Of a DNA stretch of 64,000 bases, positions 38,401 through 48,579 are shown in pieces. Made by a program: the position numbers and the translations under genes. The DNA lies in contig QPMI01000157.1 in NCBI GenBank assembly GCA_004431415.1, positions 62,001-126,000 on the forward strand. The letters are read 5' to 3'. The stretch is from Cyanophora paradoxa CCMP329. Taxonomy: Eukaryota; Plantae; Glaucophyta. Numbering within the stretch: position 1 is the stretch's first letter; the number at the start of each line of letters is the position of its first letter. The notes under the pieces were generated by a model. The model was not told the DNA's origin and searched no databases. It saw only the letters and a list, made by a program, of their open reading frames with translations.

Positions 38401-41400
38401 TTAAAGGGCGAGTTTGTGATACACCACCTATCGTAAAACTTGTCATTCCAATTGTAGTGGATGAATTTATTCCATAAGCAACAACTCTGGTTGGTGAAGT
38501 TGTTCCCCACATTCGCAATTGGTTAACTGAAAAACTTGAAGCTGGATGCTTACCTATAATAAAATAGGTAAGCCCTGTCGACCAATCGACTGTTTTCACA
38601 GTGCTGTTTGGTTGGACAATGGAGATGGATGAACCTGTTATACTGATTTGGTTGTTTCTTTCAGCATTGTTTGTATATACCCCATTGGTGGTTCCACTAA
38701 CGTAAAGAGAAGGGAATATTGTTTTTGTTGGAGATCTATTATCAATGAATGTAGCTTTTGCTTCTGGACCTTCTGTTCCTGATGCTTTCCAAGCAAAAAG
38801 ACAATTCGGAATATTTGAAGCTGGATCATAACTTGCTGTGATAGGATACCATTCCCTATAAACCTGATTCATATTATGAAAATTAGATGAACCAACGGTG
38901 AGAGTTCCATTGACATTTAAATTGCTTGTGATTGTTCCACCTGTGAGTGGTAAGTAGTTGGAAGAAACATGATCTTTAATGGCGATCATATCTGCCTTTG
39001 GAGCTAACCATTCTTGAACCACATTCGATGCTGTTAAAGGCGCTATCCACTCTTGAACTACATTTGATGCTGTTAAGGGTGCTATCCACTCTTGAACTAC
39101 ATTAGATGCTGTTAAAGGTGCTATCCATTCATGAACCATATTTGATGCTGTTAATGGAGCTATCCATTCTTGAACCACATTCGATGCCGTTAAAGGTGCT
39201 GTCCATTCCTGAACCACATTAGAAGTGGTTAAAGGTTCTATATTGGTATTGATACTGTCTATGCTTTCTTGTATCTGTGTAATTTGGGCATTGATGGCAG
39301 TAATTTCTGCCTCTTGAAGGCTTGAACTTGTTTGAAAATCTTTGATAATAAAACCACCTCCTGGTGCTGGTGCTGTATATTGGAGGTTGTTAGCTATAAG
39401 ACTTCCTGTTACTCGAAGGCTGTTTGTTTGGAGAAGAAGTTTGTTAGGGTCACTGGCGAAAGGATTGTCCAATGGCTCAGGATAGCCGTATTTTTGGAGG
39501 AGATAACTTCGTATGTTGTCCTTCACGATTTCTGTTGTTGGTTTAATAATCACTATTAGCTCTGCTAAATCTTGTTTGGAGGTTGAAGAGCCAATACGAC
39601 TTTCAGTAACAAGGTTATTGGGGAACATGTTTGTAACATTTTCAACACTTCTATTGCTACCATTGATCCCAAATGTAACAGTGGAAGGAGAGACTGTTAC
39701 TTCGTAGAGTGTCCATGTCGTCATTTCAGAGTATGTAATTTCTGCTTTTGCGTTACTTGGTGAAGTGCTTTCACCTAATCCTGCTGCTCCAACCCCATTA
39801 GAAACCTGAATATAACAAGTCGCACCATTGTTCCATTTATTGATGCTCCAATTTGTGGTTCCATAACTCAAAGATAAAACGTTCTCTACAGTTGGAGGTG
39901 CTGTATCTGTGAATTTCGCGACGAAAAACACAGTTAAATGTTGCTGTGAAGTTTGGCTCATGAAAAGTTCACACTCAGCCCCCCACGTATTATAGGCTGA
40001 AAAGTTGAAGTTAATTGTAGGATATGAATTAAAATAAGGTTTGTTGTTAGGACCTCCATTATTCTTAATTTGTGTCGAGTTCCCAGCAACATTACCAAAC
40101 CCAAGAAGAAAATTCGGGGTCTCAGGGTTATTATCAAACCAAACGTCTCCTGCTCCGTTTCCAAGTCCACTCACTATCGTTCCATCTTTCATGTTGTCCC
40201 TTGCTCTGACCCAAACGAAAACATTAAGAACTGAAAGGACATTAAACGTCGAAACATCCAAATAATCCAATTTGAAAGTGTTCTCATATATTTTTAGTTT
40301 GCTGTCAGTGTTTCCTTGATTGCTCACGTTAAGATTTCCTGTGATTGTTCCACCTGTTAATGGTAAGTAGTTATCTAACAACGCTTCTGAATCTGCTATC
40401 CAACCACTCACAACATTTGAAGTGGTGTATTCATTTAACCATCCGTTTACTACATTCGAGGTTGTGAATTCTGTCAATAATGCTGCTACACCATTGGTGG
40501 TTGCTAAGTTCATCCCTGTTACTTGTAGTTCCTGAGTCTTGATGAGTAGTTTATTATCATCTCTTGGTATTGGGTTTGAAGGGTCTTCCACAAATCCGTA
40601 GAATTGATGAAGATACCATCGTAAACTATATAGTTCCTCCGCTGTTAAGACTCTTGTGAAACAATAGAATTCGCACAGGTCGAATTTTGAGTATTGACTT
40701 CCCAAATATACATACTTAACATCATTTCGGGGTAGGTGAGAACCATTTGATATCGAAAAGGTCTGTCTCTCTTTCGCATTAACGCCCACTTTTACGGATG
40801 TGCTTGTGATTGTGATGTCATAGATTGTCCAAGAATCTACTTCGTCAATTGTGAGTGGAACCCTGAAAGTAGATTGGTCTAATTTGCTGATGTTCAAAAC
40901 GAAACCATCACCCCATTGACCTTTCGAAATACTCCAAATTTGCCCATTACTACCAAGTGTAGAAGACCCATCAAACTGTAAAATAGGTTCAAGCGGTTCA
41001 GCGCTTCTTAACTTAATCACAAATGCGACGGTTATCCCTCCACTAAAATCAATGGTTTCAAAGCCTGCTGAATTTGTAGAAAAGAAGGAATAACGGAAAG
41101 TAGAGAAGCTATTTGTGTCTGCTACATCATAGAAGGGTTTGTTATTAGGACCTCCTGAACTCTTGAATACTACACTTCCAGACTGTATCAGTTTTTGAAT
41201 AACATTAGCATTTGCTTTATTTACAAGCTCATAGACCAATACATTATTTTCCCAAGCATCATCCAAACTCGCATTAAATCTTAGAAGGCAATGAGACAAA
41301 CCCCCAACATCGAAATTTAAGAAGTTTAAAGGGGCTCTTGAAATCTCATTATTCCCTATAACAATCTTATCCTTTACCTCCAATTCTCTATTGACTGTAA

Positions 41401-43537
41401 GATCACCTGTAATGGTGCCACCTGTCAATGGTAAATATTTAGCAAGTTCAGCATCAAGCTCAGTCTCTGTAACATAGGGTATTAATGCTGCTGCCAGTGT
41501 TGTGGCATATTCAGTTTCTGTTACATAATCATTGAGTATAGTAGTTAATTCAGTTCCATCTATGTAATTCTTATTTTCTAAATAATCCTCTGTGACCACT
41601 CGTGATATATTTTCGTTGTGAATGTTTTTTGCTGATGCCCTTTGATTGATCTCTAAGACACCCTCCCCCACTCCACCATTATAATTTGTTTTAATCCAAG
41701 CTACCTCACACTGTTTATAATCATCGCGATCTCCAATTAAATCATCAGGTAAGAGACGTTCTCGGCTAAATATTAACTTGGGTCTTGATCCATCAAGAGC
41801 GCTAACATCAGTTACGTTAATTTGAAGGGTCGCATCTTTGTCTACAAAATTAATTGGATTGGCTGGAAGAGATGGTATAGGTGGTAATGTTGCTGTCATT
41901 GGGATGTCGTCAGGGTAGTAACTTGTTAAATAGATACCTGGTTTGGTGTCTTTTATTTCAACACCTCCACCAGCTGCCACTAAATTAACTCTTGTAGGTG
42001 GTCTAATATAGAGTTCGCCTTCCATTGTGGTTCCAGCATTAATTCCGTGGCGATTGACATAATATGTATCTAATAGTAATCGTTCTTCTGTGTCTATATT
42101 TTTATACAGGCTCACACCATGTAGCCCATCATTCACAGCATTACCTGCTGATGCGAAAGTAGGTTGCTGGTCGATTTCATCCCAATCGTGTCTGTGGTCT
42201 TCTGGTGGGAACAATTCTGGTACATCAATTTCGTCCCAAGTGTGTCTATGGTCTGCTGGTGGAAATTCTTCTGGTATTCCATCGATTTCTCCCCAATCAT
42301 GCCTATGATCCACAGGCGGAAATCTATCAGGTTTATTCTCGATTTCGTCCCAATCATGGCCATGGGGATCAGGTGGATATGTTTGTGGTTTATTTCGAAT
42401 GTCCTCCCAATCCACTATGAAATCGAATAGATCAGGTGCGAAACCATCAGGTAAAAGCTGCTCATCAAAAGGCTCGTAGCGATCATAAGTTACAAGATTT
42501 GGGTCGAAACCATCTGGTAAGACATTATCCTCTTCAAATCGCCTATCTTCAAGAGGTATAACATTTACATCTGGTGATAAAAGCTCCTCAGCTGGTTGTT
42601 TGTAATCTGTAAATACTGGTTTGTTTCTGACTTTTTCCCAGCTAACTATGTGCTGCCCAAAGGCTACATTTTCCTCTGCTGTGTATTCCCTCCCTGGTTG
42701 CTTCTTTGGTGTAAGGTCGGGTGGATCCCACGGAAGCGGAAAGGGGACAGGAACAGGACCGTAATGCTCAAAGATTTCCCTTATAGTTTTCTCACTGACA
42801 AGCTTTTCACCATTGGCATACACATTGCTTCCATGGATATTTCGCCACTGCCTCGTCCTGATTCCAAGGTCTTTGGTGTTTGTGACCAATGGTAAAAGGT
42901 GCCTATCCATTTCGACAAGATCAGGGTGTAAATGGATTGCCACTGGTTGAGTGGGGCTGCTGTTGATGGTAATTGATGGCTTTTTCTGGTGGACATCATT
43001 TGGAGTAAAAAACCCAAACGGCTCATTCCTCGCAAAGTCATATGTAATATCCTTGGGGTATACATCATTAGTTGAACAGACTTGATTCGTGTTCTGGAAA
43101 TGGCCCACTTGTAATACTTGGGGAACCTCTGTTTTTGTGGTGCTGCCCTCATTATAAATTCTTAAACCCGTGTTCTGTTTGCCCTGCTCATCTTGTACAT
43201 TGAAAATCAAACGGCCACTATCACACCTTGATGGTATGTCTGGATGGGTTCCACTTGGTTTAAGTTTTCTGGGTCTCTTTCTGGTTGCCTTGATCTCTGC
43301 TACTTGGTTGGCTTTCACATTGCCCAAACTAAAAGCTATACTGACATCCTCCTTGTCTGGATCGGTCTGATTTAAGGAAAGGGCATGCTCCCTTGATTGA
43401 GTCTTTGAAGAACCGTCAGAGCTGTGGTCGATTGATATTGAACCTTTAACTTTTATATTATCAAAGTTCACATGCTTTGTGCTGCTGGAATTATCATCTT
43501 GAATTGTTTCCAGATTAGGGGGGTAATTAAAGCTCAT
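35459..43537 (-). CDS. Giant fibre/adhesin-like protein (2692 aa) with five LamG/ConA-like modules
   Basis: HxHxWxEI repeats, five YLPxxGGTIT motifs, TASNVVQEWIAPL repeats, five domains ending in an ExxxFNRAL...RxY...YG-like motif. Confidence 0.8.
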   Translation of the reverse strand: MSFNYPPNLETIQDDNSSSTKHVNFDNIKVKGSISIDHSSDGSSKTQSREHALSLNQTDPDKEDVSIAFSLGNVKANQVAEIKATRKRPRKLKPSGTHPDIPSRCDSGRLIFNVQDEQGKQNTGLRIYNEGSTTKTEVPQVLQVGHFQNTNQVCSTNDVYPKDITYDFARNEPFGFFTPNDVHQKKPSITINSSPTQPVAIHLHPDLVEMDRHLLPLVTNTKDLGIRTRQWRNIHGSNVYANGEKLVSEKTIREIFEHYGPVPVPFPLPWDPPDLTPKKQPGREYTAEENVAFGQHIVSWEKVRNKPVFTDYKQPAEELLSPDVNVIPLEDRRFEEDNVLPDGFDPNLVTYDRYEPFDEQLLPDGFAPDLFDFIVDWEDIRNKPQTYPPDPHGHDWDEIENKPDRFPPVDHRHDWGEIDGIPEEFPPADHRHTWDEIDVPELFPPEDHRHDWDEIDQQPTFASAGNAVNDGLHGVSLYKNIDTEERLLLDTYYVNRHGINAGTTMEGELYIRPPTRVNLVAAGGGVEIKDTKPGIYLTSYYPDDIPMTATLPPIPSLPANPINFVDKDATLQINVTDVSALDGSRPKLIFSRERLLPDDLIGDRDDYKQCEVAWIKTNYNGGVGEGVLEINQRASAKNIHNENISRVVTEDYLENKNYIDGTELTTILNDYVTETEYATTLAAALIPYVTETELDAELAKYLPLTGGTITGDLTVNRELEVKDKIVIGNNEISRAPLNFLNFDVGGLSHCLLRFNASLDDAWENNVLVYELVNKANANVIQKLIQSGSVVFKSSGGPNNKPFYDVADTNSFSTFRYSFFSTNSAGFETIDFSGGITVAFVIKLRSAEPLEPILQFDGSSTLGSNGQIWSISKGQWGDGFVLNISKLDQSTFRVPLTIDEVDSWTIYDITITSTSVKVGVNAKERQTFSISNGSHLPRNDVKYVYLGSQYSKFDLCEFYCFTRVLTAEELYSLRWYLHQFYGFVEDPSNPIPRDDNKLLIKTQELQVTGMNLATTNGVAALLTEFTTSNVVNGWLNEYTTSNVVSGWIADSEALLDNYLPLTGGTITGNLNVSNQGNTDSKLKIYENTFKLDYLDVSTFNVLSVLNVFVWVRARDNMKDGTIVSGLGNGAGDVWFDNNPETPNFLLGFGNVAGNSTQIKNNGGPNNKPYFNSYPTINFNFSAYNTWGAECELFMSQTSQQHLTVFFVAKFTDTAPPTVENVLSLSYGTTNWSINKWNNGATCYIQVSNGVGAAGLGESTSPSNAKAEITYSEMTTWTLYEVTVSPSTVTFGINGSNRSVENVTNMFPNNLVTESRIGSSTSKQDLAELIVIIKPTTEIVKDNIRSYLLQKYGYPEPLDNPFASDPNKLLLQTNSLRVTGSLIANNLQYTAPAPGGGFIIKDFQTSSSLQEAEITAINAQITQIQESIDSINTNIEPLTTSNVVQEWTAPLTASNVVQEWIAPLTASNMVHEWIAPLTASNVVQEWIAPLTASNVVQEWIAPLTASNVVQEWLAPKADMIAIKDHVSSNYLPLTGGTITSNLNVNGTLTVGSSNFHNMNQVYREWYPITASYDPASNIPNCLFAWKASGTEGPEAKATFIDNRSPTKTIFPSLYVSGTTNGVYTNNAERNNQISITGSSISIVQPNSTVKTVDWSTGLTYFIIGKHPASSFSVNQLRMWGTTSPTRVVAYGINSSTTIGMTSFTIGGVSQTRPLITVPSMLNQWYYIDQTITSDSYTVGLDGVDVGTVTGTNYLPDTNFNNFGFNGFSGSICELLVFNRALTASEKQQVRYYIQMMYGFPITQPLTIYRGLKITSPDTVIDYLTVTSNAYLPHHPTSNVVQGWIAPLTASNVVQNWIAPFTASNVVQNWIAPLMASNVVQGWISPLVTSNITQGWLSNYLPKSGGTITSDLSVSGNLYTNNIRSGSQSIELVLIQNLIPPLERLSAYTNPLSTPNCVFHWYPLNEPSGTAIPELTNRASGQPNALPSWLKVSTGAFVLSASLINGNKLFGVTGVSTYLAQPSPYIANPFSNGMTMFTVRRNYSTSGSASAHLTIYSDPTSSRYIRFGTTGETSIGITSYQTNGVYQATSTASTATSFYDKWTLFDYHVTSNITTVGINSVDLSPTLSGNYNLSEVANLTIQKIGIESFQGQMAEIIIYNRALSADEKGFIRYYLSQKYGLSNPIPQISPAYSSNEFLQVSTPNLILNKLTVNSNVALPNIPTSNIVQNWLQPYTTSNVVQALIAEKINPQLVTSNVTRDWLSSYLPRTGGTITSNLVVSSNLYTPSIINGEQSIKFYPISTSPPIDQLLSYTNPLFTSNCVFHWYPNSTDVNGSLLETMVNRAEGLPLALPNMSPGFTLSKNSISSGTALNGNKYMVSTSSSSGYRHQYTTALSNIFASGMTVFSVRKHTATGNQSHFVVTNDDTSDPTYGRYITLGAVNGNSLGIITSTLTQVSTTSFLNSWGLFDFQLTPTTLTMGLNGADVSPSITGSFLWSNMPTIKIKELSFTSYVGEIAEVVIFNRALSPTEKSFMRYYFKLKFGLDFPYTYPEAYTQLSANLLVDKLSVNTNVYARSFYEVATGTTNSLSKILTWNEIRQRFLSGTFQMSIGPLNANSRGEATYILNWNPAFNTKPPVISLIMEGTPVSSQALNYKLGLSNSSSTSSTVYVTLLTDATATANTTYTFTIHWTAYGIP

Positions 43538-43580
43538 GGCTTTTACTATATGGATTTATAAAATTCCTTATAAGTATTAG

Positions 43581-45137
43581 ATGCCTCTCAAGGTCGTTTT
43601 AGCATTGTCAGGAGGCGGAGCAAGGGGCATTATCATTACCAGACTGCTTAAAGAAATCGAAAATCGAACTGGCAGGCGTATAATAGATCTTGTGGATCTT
43701 GTTAGTGGAACTTCCACAGGTGGGATCATTGCCATTGGGTTGAACATTAGGCATCCAGATAGGGCAGGCGAACCCAAACTGACAGCCAACGATTTACATA
43801 ATATTTACCTGACTCAGCTGCCCTTGATTTTCGCGAATCCTCGAAATATAATCGAAAACGCCCTTTTTAACACCAAGTATGATGTGGCTCCTTTAGAAAG
43901 CGCGATCAATTCTGTTACTGGCGAATCCCTCATTCAGGATTCTCTGAAGGACATTGTGATTACTTCGTTTGATACTCAGTACATGAAACCTATATTTATC
44001 ACAAATGATAACAACTACAACTTTCTGCCCTGTAAAATAGCAGCAAGGGCTACCTCTGCTGCTCCCACCTACTTTTCTCCTGTGAGTATAGTTGATTTTA
44101 ATCGAGGGGTAACTGCTTGCCTTATTGATGGTGCTATTTCAGGGAACAACAACCCAAGCGTTTGTGGCTATAGCCATGCGAGGAAGATTTACAGTGATGA
44201 TGATGACATTATAGTTATAAGCATCTCTTGTGGTGAGGTAGACCCATATTTAGAGTCTGATTATTTCGGCTATGGTTATGAGACTGTGAATAGTTGGGGC
44301 ATTCTCTCATGGATTGCCTCAACAGATGGAAGCCCATTGATCAACATGCTCATGGCAGCAAGTGAGCTGTCAGCTCTTGACAAAATGGAGGAGTTGCTAC
44401 CTTACAACTACGATCAGGATTATGGGAGGTACTATAGGCTATCTGTTCCTCTTCCAAATCACATAGTCAAGTCCCTTGATGATACCTCTAAAATCCCCGA
44501 CATGCTTGCGTTCACTGAGACATACATAGCAGCAAACAACACCATGATTAATAAGCTTTGCGATTTGCTGGTAGCAAACTTTGAATTAAAGAACCCATCA
44601 AAAGCTTACATCTCTTCCACTCTCACCCTGTCACCACCTTTGGATGCTAATTGGTACAAACTTGCTGATGATGCCTTTACTGCCTCATCCTCTGTGACAG
44701 GTAAAGAGCCCCACATGGCTCGACCTTCATCATTTGGCTGGGAAGCTGGGGCATTTGCTCCAGAGCAGATATGGGAGACCCCCACTGAGTACCTTCAAGT
44801 TGCTTTCCCGTACACTTTTGAACTCTCTTCAGTGGTTGCCTATGGGTCAGGGGACACCAATGCTTTTATAAAAACTTTCAATGTGGCTACATCAACTAAT
44901 GGGGTCAACTGGTCTTTTATTCGAGCAGAAGGGCAGAACAAAACATTTGTTTGTGAGAATATAAACAATGCTAATAATTCCGGCGATGTAGCTTTATTAA
45001 ATGGTTACCCTCTCACCATCAAGGATGCTTTCTACATAGGGTTCTCTTTGAGAATCAAGTATGTTCGCATTTATCCCCTTGTCTATGTGAATGCTCCCAC
45101 AATGAGAGTCGATTTTACAGGTGCGTTTATTCGATAA
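43581..45137 (+). CDS. Patatin-like phospholipase with C-terminal F5/8-type C (discoidin)-like domain
   Basis: LSGGGARG, GTSTGG, SAAPTYF, DGA; C-terminal ASSS...W...EYLQV...YVRIYP...MRVDF. Confidence 0.9.
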   Translation: MPLKVVLALSGGGARGIIITRLLKEIENRTGRRIIDLVDLVSGTSTGGIIAIGLNIRHPDRAGEPKLTANDLHNIYLTQLPLIFANPRNIIENALFNTKYDVAPLESAINSVTGESLIQDSLKDIVITSFDTQYMKPIFITNDNNYNFLPCKIAARATSAAPTYFSPVSIVDFNRGVTACLIDGAISGNNNPSVCGYSHARKIYSDDDDIIVISISCGEVDPYLESDYFGYGYETVNSWGILSWIASTDGSPLINMLMAASELSALDKMEELLPYNYDQDYGRYYRLSVPLPNHIVKSLDDTSKIPDMLAFTETYIAANNTMINKLCDLLVANFELKNPSKAYISSTLTLSPPLDANWYKLADDAFTASSSVTGKEPHMARPSSFGWEAGAFAPEQIWETPTEYLQVAFPYTFELSSVVAYGSGDTNAFIKTFNVATSTNGVNWSFIRAEGQNKTFVCENINNANNSGDVALLNGYPLTIKDAFYIGFSLRIKYVRIYPLVYVNAPTMRVDFTGAFIR

Positions 45138-46062
45138 ACTCGAGCTGAAAAGAATTGTCAATTCCATTCATGTCAATGATGTCACCAAAGTAGTCTTTGA
45201 ACTCAACTGTTAGTTCTCTCACCACCAGATGTCGGTCATTAATTCGAATAAACTCCCCATGTTCACCATTATAGTAAACATAGCCTCCTATATCCTTGCT
45301 TAATTGGAGTCTCAGTATGGCGCCTTGGTTTTGTGGCTGTGATTTTGGGACTATATTATGTCTGCTGGCAAAGGGAGCAAGTTCTTTGACATGTAAATAA
45401 AGGTACTGCTCAGCATTCATATCTGCCATCTTATTGCTGTAATAAACATATCTAAGAGGTGTGGATGAAAGTCTGGATCCCGAAAAGGTAGTTCCCCACA
45501 AGGGGTGATTGAGTGTGATAGGTTTGCCATCATACTTTAGAAAATTCTCAGGGCGATATGGAGATTGAGAGGGCGAATTGTCATCCATAAATGAAGACTG
45601 GAACTCAGTTGAGCTTAAACCCAATAGCTTACCAATGCGCTTATTGCTTGCTTTTATACGGAAAAATCTGTTACTGTAGAACTCCACTTTATAAGTGGTT
45701 GGATTGTAGAATAATTTGAATTCGAAAGCAACTGTTTTTCCTGCTATAGTTTCCTCATAGAACACATAGTTCAATCCATAGTTGTATGGTTGGGTGACCC
45801 CAAAATGACCCTGATTGATATAACCGGTTGGCAGAGGAGAGATGTTGTAAGTTACTGTTTCAGTGACAGAACTATCCTGATAGGTGAATTCCACTATTAA
45901 ATGATCTGTTCCCACACTATTGTAAATGCTGTTTGGAATTTCTGCGTAAATGATCCTACACTCTCGAGGTCTCTCTACTGGTGTTGTGAGGGCAACCCTG
46001 TAAGAGTTTTCGGTTTCACCTTGGCTGCGATCCCTGCTATCAACATTGACAAGCCGGTTCAT
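45127..46062 (-). CDS. Putative minor capsid (penton-like) protein
   Basis: N-terminal VDSRDR...Y.V.L...AEIPNS and C-terminal LTVEFKDYFGDIIDMNGIDNSFQLEF, typical of PLV/NCLDV minor capsid proteins. Confidence 0.7.
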   Translation of the reverse strand: MNRLVNVDSRDRSQGETENSYRVALTTPVERPRECRIIYAEIPNSIYNSVGTDHLIVEFTYQDSSVTETVTYNISPLPTGYINQGHFGVTQPYNYGLNYVFYEETIAGKTVAFEFKLFYNPTTYKVEFYSNRFFRIKASNKRIGKLLGLSSTEFQSSFMDDNSPSQSPYRPENFLKYDGKPITLNHPLWGTTFSGSRLSSTPLRYVYYSNKMADMNAEQYLYLHVKELAPFASRHNIVPKSQPQNQGAILRLQLSKDIGGYVYYNGEHGEFIRINDRHLVVRELTVEFKDYFGDIIDMNGIDNSFQLEFIE

Positions 46063-46070
46063 TTTAATAT

Positions 46071-47102
46071 ATGAATATAGATAAAAGGAGAATGCCCGTG
46101 GATTACATTGAGGTGAGTTCTTTTAATACAATCTCTGGTGACGGTCCTACTTCAAGCTTTGTAGCTCGACTTCCAAACATATATGAGAATGTGAGGGCTG
46201 TCAGGCTGGTCTCGGCCGAATTTTATAATAGTATCCCTATGGTGAGTGGTGAAACGCAACCAGGGGATATTACAATTGATAATTCATTCAGCATTTTTTG
46301 GAGTGAAGAATTCGATGGTGCTGGCATTGATGGCATTCCAACTACTCGACCAGCGGCCGGCTTTGAACCTTGGAAGCAATTAATCATAAGTCGCAAAAAA
46401 CCCATTCAAAGCCACCAGCAATTGGTAAATGTAATTAATGCGAAATTCGATGATAGAGAGCCGGAACCATCTATTCGCTGTAAATGGGATGAGTCACTAA
46501 AACGAATTATATTCCACTCAGAGAAACCTTTCTATTTAGCCTTCTCTAACGCTGGAAATCCAAACCAGAAAACGATCCAAAAGTTGCTGAGCGCTGCCCG
46601 ATTGCTTGGTCTTGATCCCGGAAGATATGGAAATTCCCCAATCCAATCACAGGTTTATAATGCTCTTACTGATGGCATCTTTACTGGTGAACGGGTGAAT
46701 GGCATTATATCTTCATTTGAACCCGAGAAAACCCGTGATAGTGTTTTATTTGTGAGAGTAAAAGAGTTGGGTGATCTGGTTCAGTGTGGGGATGGTCTCC
46801 TGACTGGTTACTTCCACAAAATCGTGGTTCCTGACAAGGACTATGGTGAGCATGTGGTTTACAATTCGACAGAATCCCACCCACTTTACAAATACTATAA
46901 CAAAAAAATGAGTTTGTCTACATTCTCTGTGGATATAGTAAATGCTATAAACGAACCAATTGATTTTGAGGGTCAACCTGTCCACCTCACATTTGAAATT
47001 CGCTATGGGGACGAGCCAGCAGGTGACCCTCTCTATGAATACTTTAAGATGCGGATGTCGCAAAGTCATCCAACATATCCGGTCATTGCGAGTTTCGGGT
47101 AA
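46071..47102 (+). CDS. Second putative minor capsid protein
   Basis: IEVSS...SSFVARLPNIYENVRAVRLVSAEF...LFVRVKEL...PIDFEGQPVHLTFEI; same layout as the divergent neighbour. Confidence 0.68.
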   Translation: MNIDKRRMPVDYIEVSSFNTISGDGPTSSFVARLPNIYENVRAVRLVSAEFYNSIPMVSGETQPGDITIDNSFSIFWSEEFDGAGIDGIPTTRPAAGFEPWKQLIISRKKPIQSHQQLVNVINAKFDDREPEPSIRCKWDESLKRIIFHSEKPFYLAFSNAGNPNQKTIQKLLSAARLLGLDPGRYGNSPIQSQVYNALTDGIFTGERVNGIISSFEPEKTRDSVLFVRVKELGDLVQCGDGLLTGYFHKIVVPDKDYGEHVVYNSTESHPLYKYYNKKMSLSTFSVDIVNAINEPIDFEGQPVHLTFEIRYGDEPAGDPLYEYFKMRMSQSHPTYPVIASFG

Positions 47103-47156
47103 ACACAAGGATCATTCGTAATTTTTTTATGTTACAGTATAATAAAAGCGAAAATC

Positions 47157-48526
47157 ATGGATATTACGTCGACCCTCCAGCGCCTTTCGTTGAAAGAAGC
47201 CCTAACAACCCCAGAGGAGGCCAAGGCCTTCTTTCTGGATAACTCCCTTATGCTTGGTCTTGAATCCAAGTCTAAGCCCGTTCTTGTTGTTGTGAACCCG
47301 AGCAATACTTTTGAAAATAATGTTGGAAATCGCATTTCATTCAAACTCCCTCGCTACAATTTCTGTGGCAAACTTGAACTTGCCTTCGACCTTCCAGCTA
47401 TCACTTTTGGTGATGCTGATCTTGTTCGAAATGGGTATACTCGCCCAGTTGGTGCTTTGGTTCAGCGACTTGAAATTACCTATGGGTCATACACCTACCA
47501 TATCCCTTCTGATTTCCTTGCTCATTTCCCTCTTGTCTATTATAGTGAGGATCAGCTTGCCAAAAAGAAGCGGTCAATGGGCATGCTTCACGGCATCCCG
47601 CCCATGGAACCAACCGACTTGGTGGCTCATTCTTTGTTGAAATTCCTGTGCCTTGGCTAAACCACTACCTACCTCTTGGTGCTCTGTCTGGTGAAATGGT
47701 AGTAACTGTTTGGTTCAAGGATGTAGGGAAGGGTTATGTTGAGACTTCTTATGGTGGTCGTACTCTTCCTAAGGCTGGGGACACAGCCATTGATGGGGAC
47801 AAGGACGATGGGCTTGGCGTCGCACCTGCTGAATCTGTGCTGGCACATGTTGGCCAAAACATCACCACTTTCAATCTTGGTGCGCCAAACGTTGAAATTA
47901 AAATTACTTCTCCTCGCCTTTATATGTATGCTGTTAATGTGTCTGATGAGCTTTTCGCTACTGTTATTGAGAAGGTAAAGACAACTGGCATGGCTATCCC
48001 TGCTCTGGATATTGGATTTGTGGATGTCAGTGATTTGAAAGCCAAGGGCGGCGCCCAGCCCAATCGAGTTAACCTCTCCCAAATCTCAGGTCTTGTTTAT
48101 GCTCTGCTTGTTTCAGTTCGTGATAACGCTAATGTTGACAAAGCAAATGGTTCCCACAGTGTACTTAAGACCTATTCCAACTCCAAAGAGATCACATTCA
48201 CAATTGAGATAAACGGCCAGCGACTTTTTGCCACTGAGCCAATTTCGCTCCTGAAAGGTGCTGAGCTGATTGCTGATGTCTTCAAATGCTCTAATATGGA
48301 TAAGGTTGCTGATCGCTATGTTCTTTCGGGTATGAGTTTCTGTCTTGACGGTGAGAAGGCGATTCGCAATATTGCCCAGTCTGGCTATGTTGACCTGACC
48401 AATTCTTCATCTTCATTCCTCACTCTCTACATGCCCACTGACAAGGCAATTGATGTCAATGTTCGCGCTCTCATGCACAGCTTTATCATAGTGGACAAGG
48501 ACGGGCTGCGGCGGATCAATCTATAA
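47157..48526 (+). CDS. Major capsid protein (double jelly-roll), one frameshift near 47600
   Basis: ISFKLPR...LELAFDLP...GALVQRLEITYG, then FVEIPVPW...YLPLGAL in the other frame; ~455 aa joined; lies between minor capsid genes and ATPase. Confidence 0.78.
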
Positions 48527-48579
48527 ACCATATTCAGTCACATCGTATTATTTTTATCTGGTTCTTTATAGAAGGAAGC

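Noticed and set aside
47590-47660. Programmed frameshifts in MCP (and in the helicase)
   Set aside because: No clear slippery site, and 1-nt indels are pervasive in this assembly; sequencing error or decay is more likely.
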